From Chiloscyllium plagiosum (lineage: Eukaryota): a stretch of 64,000 nucleotides of DNA. The notes beneath the pieces were generated by a model. The model did not search any database. It worked only from the letters and a program-made list of their open reading frames with translations, and was not told where the DNA came from. The stretch lies in assembly GCF_004010195.1 (NCBI RefSeq), contig NC_057719.1:59444446-59508445 (forward strand). The letters run 5' to 3'. How positions within the stretch are numbered: the stretch's first letter is position 1; every line of letters begins with the position of its first letter. This document shows positions 52,108-61,594 of this stretch, piece after piece. A program made the translations under genes and the position numbers.

Positions 52108-52644
52108 GTTGGTATTTTAATGTAAAAATTAATGGAACAATATTTTTCAAATTTTCAGTTTGTCTAAGTCAGTGATTTTTTTTTAAAAACAGGAATCCCA
52201 TACTGATAGAGGTTCACAGGGGACTTTCAAGGGATGCCCAAGATAACTATTTATATCTGTCTCAATTAATTTTGTACTTGATATTTAAATTTTGCAGTGT
52301 TCTAATAAAACATGGTTACTGAAGACTGATGCTGCATTGATCTTTGTTAGGAATGTTGAAGTTTGCATTTCAGGGTATTGCAATGATATTTACAGAAACT
52401 GGCACATCATTTTGGAAGATGACTTTTGTATATCTGCAGAAAGTTGCTAAATAAAACTCAATTCATGTTTGAACTGGCCCTTCCAAAGGGAGCAAGATCA
52501 TGTTTGATGTGAAACTGCTCCTATGGGGAGTTGATACGAAGTAAAAATTCAGTGCTGCTAGTTTAGGTAATTGATCCTAAGATTTTGAATTGTTGTTAAT
52601 TCAGGGTTTCACTTTATAAATGACCTGTTGAAACACCTGAGGAG

Positions 52645-52851
52645 AGTGTGAGGATTGCAGATGCTGGAGATCAGAGTCAAGAATGTGGTGCTAGCAAAGC
52701 ACAGCAGGTCAGGCAGCATCCGAGAAGCAGGACAATCAACATTTTAGACATGAGCCTTTCATCAGCCTTTCCTGATGAAGGGCTTATGGCCCAAATGTCT
52801 ATCCTTCTGCTCCTCGGATGCTGTCTGACCTGTTGTGCTTTTCCAGCATCT
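52645..52851. mobile_element. Short palindromic Penelope-terminal-repeat element with two divergent hammerhead remnants
   Basis: TCATCAG (52759-65) and CTGATGA (52772-78) back to back, each followed by a stem-II remnant; flanking arms are inverted repeats. Confidence 0.8.
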
Positions 52852-54130
52852 GTTTAAGTACCTTGCTTTCTTTTTATACTTTGCAGTGTCTATTAAAGCT
52901 GGTTTTGTTTATGATAGCCATCAGTTTCACCTGAGTTGAATTTTGAATACCTTTGGCATTCCAAACTGCAATTTTTCCTGTCAGTTTAACATATTTGTGA
53001 AATGCTGATTGTCACATTGAGAAGTTCCATGAAATTTTGGACTTTGCTACAACCACTGCCTCTTTTTGTCTATTTTGCTAAGATATATTTTTAAGCTTTG
53101 TTATCGCTACTTTTTTCCTAATTTTAGAACCAAGCCAATCCTTTCTCCTTTTTAGACATTTAAACGTTGTGCATGCTGCGTCTTCCTTTCATTTGAATGT
53201 AGCGCCATGTGTTTCTGTGGCATTTTTAGACATTCTTGACATGAACTTTCTCACTCTACCCTGTAAGAGAGAGATCATCAGAGCAGGTAACTTGATCTAG
53301 GGGGTCCACATTTCTTTGTGACAGGAATCACCATCTGTTGTCTATTTTAGATCTGGCCTTACACAGCTGAAAGTTCTGACAGTTAAGTCACAATTTATTA
53401 TTTAACTAGTTTTAGGGAATTGTGAAACTGGCCATCGCCCAATAGTACATACATTCTAACAGTTTTTTTAACCTGTTGTGACAAACAGGCTGCTTTTAAT
53501 TGGAAATTTATTGTCATTTTTATACACTGTTTACAAAACCCCATCGTCTATCATTGAAGGAAATCAAAATGGGACACAGCAGTGCAACTGAAGAATCAAT
53601 AACTTATTTCATATAAATATCACAAATATTAAAAGGGATACTTTGGATTGACAGCTACTAACCAGAGTATCTATACCCTTCATGATCATGCTGATGGAAT
53701 TAAAGCAGGCTGAAGTGCTTCCATAGCTTTTTAAAAGAAAATCTTCGAATCCAATCTGATCAATGCTTAGTAAACAATTGAGGAAGGTAGCACCTGTAGA
53801 ATTGCAAGTCTCAAGAAAAGCTTTTGTGAAAATTTGTTGACAGTTATTTTAACTTGCGTTGTAGAATTCTGGTTAACAAATGATCTGTAAATGTTTAATT
53901 TCTGTGCACTCAAACACATCTGCCATGGTTTTTTTGGAATGCCCAAGGTGCTGAGCCAGCTTCCTTAATGCTGTGTAAAGCTGTCCACCTTTTTTGTGTT
54001 ATATAATATCAACCATTATTGTGCATCTTGTCTGAATCTTCAGCTGTACTTCTAATTAAATCTGAACAGGGCATTCAAATCAGCAATCCTGAAAGTTTGA
54101 ATATTGTGAGTTTAAATCCCAACAATGCAC

Positions 54131-54184
54131 TGGGTCAGTGTGGGGATTGAACCCACAATCTTGGCTTTATAAGCACCACGCTCT
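54131..54184 (-). pseudogene. tRNA-Ile-derived fragment (3' two-thirds), truncated by a Penelope insertion
   Basis: Minus strand AGAGCG-TGGTG-CT-TAT-AA-AGCCA-AGATTGTGGGTTCAATCCCCACACTGACCCA resembles the tRNA-Ile(AAT)-type body. Confidence 0.6.
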
Positions 54185-54790
54185 CTCCTCCGTCCAAGGT
54201 CCTGAAGGATCCTTCCACATCCAACAGAAATTTACCTGTACGTCCATCAATGTCATCTATTGTATCTGTTGCACCCGATGTGGTCTCCTCTACCTCTGGG
54301 AGACAGGACACCAACTTGTAGATCGTTTCAGAGGAATATCTCTGGGACACCACACCAATCAACCGTACTACCCTGTGGCTGAACACCATGTCCCCCTCCC
54401 ATTCTACAAAGGACATGCAGGGCCTGGGCTGCCTCCATCACCAAACCCTAACTACCTGACACCAGGGGGAAGAATGCCTCACCTTCAGCCTTGAGACCCC
54501 GCAGCCACATGGGATTAGTGTGCATTTCCCCTGTTTCCTCATTTTCCCTCTCCCCACCTTCTCCCAGTCCCAAGCCTCCAACTCTGCACCACCCTCTTGA
54601 TCTGTCCATCATCTTTCCCACCTGTCCGCTCTCCACCCTGCGCTCTGACCTATCACCTTCCCACCCACCTTTATCTTCCTATTGTGTTCTCAGCTACACT
54701 CCCACCCCCACAATTATGAACCAAACGTTGGTTCTCCTGCTCCTCGGATGCTGCCTGACCACCTGTGCTTTTCCAGCACCCCACACTCAA
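54185..54790 (+). mobile_element. Penelope-like element 3' fragment (GIY-YIG plus terminal repeat), same family as 1467-3015
   Basis: QGPEGSFHIQQKFTCTSINVIYCICCTRCGLLYLWETGHQLVDRF; terminal repeat TCTCCTGCTCCTCGGATGCTGCCTGACC..TGTGCTTTTCCAGCACC. Confidence 0.85.
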
Positions 54791-54870
54791 TTCAGCAGAC
54801 CTATTGCTGCGGTTAGTGTTTGACTTCTAATTAGACTTTTTTAAACTTGAAATGTTTTTACATCAAATAG

Positions 54871-54963
54871 GAGATTCCGATGATGTAAAAAAAGAACAAA
54901 AAGATAAAAAGAGGAAAGATGATAAGAAAAAGAGAGACGAAGATCAGTTCAGTGAAAAAGATG
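54871..54963 (+). CDS. BAZ1A: BAZ1A exon 22 (93-nt charged symmetric exon)
   Basis: TAG acceptor; (G)DSDDVKKEQKDKKRKDDKKKRDEDQFSEKD; phase 1-1, no stops; donor G|GTGTGT or in-frame T|GTAAGT at 54972. Confidence 0.75.
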
Positions 54964-56479
54964 GTGTGTATTGTAAGTGTTGAATCACTTGATAAGAATA
55001 CTGAAAATGTTGAAGTATAAGTGTTCGGTTTGAACTTAGCAAGAAAAAGCTGCAATTATATTAAGAAACAATGAACCTTGAAACTGTTTGGTTGCTTGCA
55101 AATGAAAGTAAAATGGACTCCTTCATCCTGTTGTTAGGCTAGCCACAGGAAATGGCACCAAAATCCTGCATTGTCAGAAGTAAAATGTGACATCAATCCA
55201 GTTTGCAACAAGTGTATTTTAACAATTTTCTACAAAATGATGGAAGATCATTCTTTAGTGCTGTCTCATAACTGCCATATATTTGGCCATTGTTTACTGA
55301 TGCTTGCATGTTTTAAAAAAAAATCAGTGGATGGTTGTTACAATCCTTAACTGATGAACCAGATTCCTTTTAGTTAATACATTAAAAATAAAATATTTGC
55401 ACTGATGGACATCAGTTAAATTTTGTTTTTGGCATTTTGGTTTTGTGGCCTACAGTGCATACAAGTCCTTTTGAACATTTAAGAACCCACTACCAGCCTC
55501 TGACATGGTGTGGTGGTCTTAATGATTTTTATTTTAATTGTGAATTTGTCCAGTGTGCAATCCAGTTTTTAATTTTGTTGTTGATGCATACTCATGAAAA
55601 TTACACAAGTTTAACAGAAATGTAGACTCCGTTACCAGGGAGCTGTAACGTAGATTCATACGACATAACATTAATTGCTTGGAGTCCAGTTAAGGATCAA
55701 AAATAGGTGGGGAGAGGGTGGAGAAAGGAAATGCTATTCCATTAAAACACTTTTCTAAGCATCACGAGGCCGAGGAACAACAGTTCTAACTTAGAGGTAA
55801 CTGTTTAGTTAGCACTTTAGTGTTAATTAAACAGGTCAATTACTTGAAAATTAAGCAAGTATTTTGAGTAAGTGTTATTGATATGACAGGATTGCTGAAA
55901 ACTCAACACTTATATTCCAAGGCACCGGATACACAGTAAGTACTGCCAAATACTTGAGCTCTGTTTCTGAGCTTGGTGAGTGGCAAGAGTAGCAGAGATT
56001 TATGGAACATGGTCATTCTGCACTTGCTGAACTCAGGAGCAGACTGTCATTGGTCACAAGGAAGCACAACCTGTTTGCGTGGCAAACCCGAACTGGTATT
56101 TGGTAATTACCAGTGGCAAACGAGGTAGCCAGAAGCATACTAGTGCATTGAGATGCTTGGCTGTTCAGTAGCGGTACACATGCAGGAACCTAGTTCAAAG
56201 GAATTCAACAGTCAGAAAGATGAGCAGATGCTGCTACAAATACAGACATCGTCCCCAAATCACTTATCTCTGCAGCAGGGGGAGTTGGTCATTTAGTAAG
56301 ATTTATGGCTGACTTTTTTTATTTCTAGTGGCTTTAATTCCACTAGTGACCCTACCCCCCATTACCCTCTGCTTGCAGATCACAAATCTGTTTGTCAATA
56401 GATTTGTGACAGTTGAAAGAAATTGCTCCTTTTCTCTCTAAAATGGGAGCCCCCTTATTTCGAAATTGTCTCCAGAAGA

Positions 56480-57260
56480 CGTAGGAGAATTTGGCCATTT
56501 TAGCCCATTGAGTTTGCTCTGCCAGTTTATCATGGTTGATGTTATTTAACCCCAATGTTCTGCCTTCTTCCTGTAACCCTTGATCCCCTAACTGATCAAA
56601 AACCCATCAGTCTCTGAATTAAAGACACTCCGGTCACTTGGCCTCCACCGCCTTTAGCAGCAATGAGTTGCACTGATCAACCACCCTCCCACTGAATAAA
56701 TTCCTCCTCATATCTGTTCGAAAGGATCACCCTTCATTTTAGGGCTGGACCTGCGGATCCTAATGGGAGTATCTCTGCATTCATTCTGTCCACATATACA
56801 TTGCCTCACAAGGTGGAACATCTTTGCAACGTATACTATCGAGACCACTCAGATTCTTGTGTGTTTCAATAATATTTTGCTTATAAATGTAAATATTGAC
56901 AGGCCCAACCTGCTTAATCTTTCCTCCATATGTCAACTTTTTTCGTGGAACTGAACCTTGCAACCCTTCCCTGAACTGCTTCCATTGCAAACATACTTCT
57001 CAAGGTGACCAAAATTGTCATACTCCAGGTGTGTTCTCACCAATATGCTTTACAGCTGTAGCAAGACTTCCCTGCTTTAACGTTCAGGTTTCCTTACAAT
57101 AAAGGTGGTCATTCTGTTTGTCATTTTGGTTACTTGCTGCCCTGCATCCTGACTTTAATTTACGTAAAAGGGCACCAGATCTTGCTGTACAATAGAATTA
57201 GAATGTCTCCATTTTAAATAGTCAGCTTTTCTATTCCTCTTTCTGAAAAGGACAACATCA
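56480..57260 (-). mobile_element. Degenerate CR1 LINE 3' region
   Basis: GTAGGAG..TTGGCCATTTTAGCCCATTGAGTTTGCTCTGCCA, CCACCCTC...AAATTCCTCCTCAT, GACCAAAATTG..ATACTCCAGGTGTG. Confidence 0.6.
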
Positions 57261-57681
57261 ATTTTTCCACTTCACATTCATCAATGAAATTTTGCTGACT
57301 TGCTTCAATTTATCCGTATTCCTTCATTGAATATTTTGTAACCAGAAATTGCTTTTTTACATTTTCATTTTCATATCCCATGTTTGGCTACAACTTTATT
57401 CTTCTAAGTTATACAATGTTTTGACATCGACTGACAACTATACAAAATCAGGCCTTTCTACCTCTACATTCACAACAGAGTAGAATTAAAAACTTCAAAG
57501 ACCCTCAAAATTGACCCTAGTGGTTTTGAAGCAAACCTTTTGAATAACCAATCCTGTACCCTGCTAGCAATGAATTTTAGTCATCAGGTTTGTAGTTTAA
57601 ACAAAAGACTTAGTGATTTATTTACAATTTCGTAACTTTAAACAAAATGCGGAAGAGCTGGTGTTGGACTGGGGTGGACAA

Positions 57682-58040
57682 AGTTAAAAATTTCACAACA
57701 CCAGGTTATAGTCCAACAGGTTTATTTGGAAGCGCTAGCTTTCAAAGTGCTGTTCCTTCAACAGGTGGCTTTGAAACAGAATCATAAGACACAGAATTTA
57801 GAGCAAAAGATTAGTGTCATGCAACTGAAATGATATGTTGAACAAACCTAGATTGCTGTTGGGTCTTCCACCTTGAGTTGGTTTGTTCAACATATCATTT
57901 CAGTTGCATGATACTAATCTTTTGCAATAAATTGTCTTATGATCCTGTTTCAAAGCCATCTGTTGAAGGGACAGCGTTTCGAAAGTTCATGCTTCCAAAT
58001 AAACATGTTGGATTATAACCTGGTGTTGTGATTTTTAACT
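57682..58040. mobile_element. Large fold-back element (~165-bp arms, ~31-nt spacer) carrying hammerhead-like terminal repeats
   Basis: 57682-57848 is the near reverse complement of 57880-58040; each arm has CTGTTGA-AGG(A/G)AC...GAAAG. Confidence 0.8.
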
Positions 58041-59369
58041 AAAACAAAACAACATAGTGATACAATGTCTGTCTTTGATTGGGCTGAAAAAGTTTTTGAT
58101 TTCAATGTACACAAGATAGACAACAGTTATCGGCCAGATGACTGAAGTGGTTTTCATAAATCTTTTGTTTTTGTTAAAATTGCTATCACCCTTAGTTTAA
58201 GACATGAATACTAAATCACACAGTTGTTTTTATTTCCTTAATGGAATAATAATTTGACAGTTAGAAATAATTTAGTTGAATTAGCTTGCACCTCTGCTCT
58301 CGCAAATGAGGATGAAAAAATAAGAGATCAATATCAGGATGAAGAAGTGTTGAATAGATATCGAAGGAAATAGCAAAGTCTTGAAGCATTGTTATTTGGA
58401 ATGCACATGTGCTTATTCTATGATTGAGCCTCTGGGAAGCACTGCATGATAGTGAATAACATAGATCAAGCTATAAAATTCTTTGGGAATTTAAATTAGA
58501 CATTCTAAACTAGACATTCATTCGAAGGGATAGAACTTTCCTAAGATGTGTGCACAGGATGTCTTTAATTGGTCTGTTTCTACAACAGACGAAGGAAACA
58601 ATGCTGAATCACTTTAAGGGAATCAAGTAAGGCAAATGGGATGTGTTCTAAAGAATCTGTTTGGCTGAAGACACAATTTATATTTAACTTGGTTAAATGG
58701 AAGGATTAAAAAATCCATTTGTTGAAATATCAAACTGAGAGCCAGTTTTGATATTTGCAGACTACTTGAGCTAGATCCTTCTCCAGCTAAAGATTGGTGA
58801 GGAAAATAGTGAATGGCTAATACTTGGTTTGCAAATAAAGCATGAGGCATCCAAATGTCTGTAATCGGGAGAAATTAGAATTTGAAGAAAGTGGCTTGAC
58901 GCATGAAGGCAGGATGATGCATACAGAGCAACATGTTCTCCAGATTGTTTTTCAAGTTTGTCTGGTTTGGTTGTTCTCAAAAGGCTGTCTTTGCACATGG
59001 CCGACACAGTGTTTTGGGTTGCTGTGCAGTTTAGAGGAACCAATAGGTGCAGAGGAAGTTTTTTTTTCTTTTCAGTATTAATGTCTGATATTTGAGTTCT
59101 TGTTCAGAAGACACTTGCCCACTTTTGTTAAAAATGGGGCTTCCAAGTTTTGTGTTCTGGGGATTCTACTTTGGCCACATTTTGATCATGTTACTGTCAT
59201 TAGTATTCAAATTATGCTGTTACAGTGAGCACTTGCTCAATGAAATGAAGTACTAAATATCAAAACAATGTTAATATGGCTGGTGTTCTGTGGAAATACA
59301 ACTTGTGAATGAAATTTGGTTTTAGATTCTTCGAAGTGACTTAACTAAAATTTTTACATTGCATTTTAG

Positions 59370-59617
59370 ATGCTAGTGATGGTGGCAAAACACAGAAGAC
59401 ATTATTAGATCGGTGGAGAGAGTCGCTTGTGGCTTGTAGTAGCTTAGCTCAGGTTTTCATTCATCTCTCTACACTGGATCGCAGCATTGTATGGGCAAAA
59501 TCTTTGTTAAATGCTCGTTGCAAGATCTGTCACAAGAAAGGAGATGCAGAAAACATGCTGTTATGTGATGGATGTGATCGAGGATACCATACGTACTGTT
59601 TGAGGCCAAAGGTTAAG
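59370..59617 (+). CDS. BAZ1A: BAZ1A exon 23 (PHD finger N-part)
   Basis: ASDGGKTQKTLLDRWRESL...LSTLDRSIVWAKSLLNARCKICHKKGDAENMLLCDGCDRGYHTYCLRPKVK. Confidence 0.97.
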
Positions 59618-59703
59618 GTTTGTGTACACACGGTGCAGATTTTTGTACCATATAAAATTATGGTTGCTCAGTCATATTCTTGAAAATTACCACTTTCTTT
59701 CAG

Positions 59704-59912
59704 ATCATTCCAGAGGATGACTGGTTTTGCCTTGAATGCAGACCAAAGCAGCGGTTTCGGCGACCAATGGCCAGACAACGACCGACTTTGGAAAGTGAGG
59801 AGGAAGACCTGGCGCAGGTGGAAGATTTGGAAGAGCAGTTTATGGAAGCAGGCAATGCGGAAATGAGGTCATTGGAACAAAATGAAACCAAAGCAAGTGA
59901 ATTGGAAAAGAG
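59704..59912 (+). CDS. BAZ1A: BAZ1A exon 24 (PHD end, acidic linker); gene continues beyond the window
   Basis: IIPEDDWFCLECRPKQRFRRPMARQRPTLESEEED...; donor AG|GTATCG; no stop codon or bromodomain found in the window. Confidence 0.93.
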
Positions 59913-61594
59913 GTATCGAGTATAAAATCATATGTTGGATTTTAAGTGTAAGTTTTTATAATGGGGTAAGAAAATGCATCACAGAAATTAAGATTATCCA
60001 ATACAATTTCTAACAGATGGTAACTATTATTCAGATTTGGAGGCAAGTATTTTACTTTTTAAAATTAATTTCAATAATCAACTTTAATTAGTGGTGAAAA
60101 TCACTTTAAAATCCTACTACTGTTGAAATTTGCCCCATTGAAAAAGCTCTGAACTGAAAGCTTGGCAGTTGTAAGAATAATTTTGTGGTGGTAGATAGTT
60201 GAGTCTCGACATAGGGTTTTCTGAACAAGCTTGTATTAAGCTGATGGGCATGCATGGTGACCCAATCTGATGGAGATGAGGTAAATAACAGTCATGGTAG
60301 GTTGAGAGAAGAGAGCTGTCTGTGATTTTTGTTGCATTCTAGTATTAATTCACTCGGTGGTCCTCCAGATTTGTTTTATTAAGTGCACAAATTGGGAATT
60401 GCAATGATTACAGGTGGCATTTATTATTATTGACTTTTTTTCCACGTCTATTTTTTTTTAAATGGTGTTCCACGTGCTTAATACAACCACTGTTGCATGC
60501 TGCTGTCATCTGTAAACCACTTTCTCCTCCGTTGGCTTCACCTCCAGTGCATCAAGCTCTTAACTTTTCTCGTCCATTCAAATCGAAACCTCTTGTAACC
60601 ATTTACTCAAATTATTGCATTAGCTGTTAGACTGCAAATGTTGTACAGTGTTATAATCGAGCTTTCTTCAAATATTTGTCAAGTTAGTCTTGATAATTAC
60701 ACTTGATGCTTTCAGTCCCTGCAGCATAAAAATGCATGTGCACACAAGATCAAGTTTCAAATTCTAAATATTTCATGCAAAACTTAAGGTGAAGTTCCAC
60801 AATCCTGTCAATAAAGCTAGTTGAATTGAGGGATACAATAATTGAATAGTTCATGTTTCAACTGTATTGACATTTAAATATTAGGGAATCTCAATTGTTC
60901 GCTGTTGCGTTACTAATTAAATATCATCTGGCTTGTAGTTCTTCCTCAAAAATTCAGTCAGCTCGCCCTTAGCCTTATCTCCTGCTTGTCAAAGTCTACT
61001 TTTAGATACAATTGTAATGCACCAAGGCAGGTGGTTGTTTGCTTTAAGACTTGTGTATGAACTAAGGGTTGCAGAGATATGGGACAAATCTGCAGAGACT
61101 TTGAAAGATTTCTTTCTTTGAGATCCAGCATTTTACAACTGTGAAATACTGTGTTTTCCCTTTTTATGGAGAGCAAAGTTTTACATTATAGCATAAGTTC
61201 TTATCCACTTCAGCCTTCATTTGACTCTAAATTGCAATAGCCATACTTAAATTTGTGATATTGCTAGGACCATGATTCTTCAGAAGAAATTATTTTCAAT
61301 TTAACAGGCTTGATGAGTCCTGGTAACTTTATTGTACTTGTTGATTGTGAATCAAACTCCGTGTCACCTACCTTGTATAACAAGGCTAGGTTCTTAACAA
61401 TTGGCTTGTTGACAGTTGGTCTGCTGAGTGCTCCAAAATGGATGTCAGCTGTTTAACAAGCTGCTTCTGCTTTCCTTTTAATCTCACTGCTGGCTGCCAC
61501 TATTTTCATGTTTCTTTGCAGCTGCTTCCATCTATACTGTTTATTGTGCTACATTAGTGTCATCAGCATCCTTTAATTTGCTGGTGCAAATCTT

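Noticed and set aside
14943..59912. Possible U12-type introns in BAZ1A
   Set aside because: No donor matches RTATCCTT; all look like GT-AG U2-type
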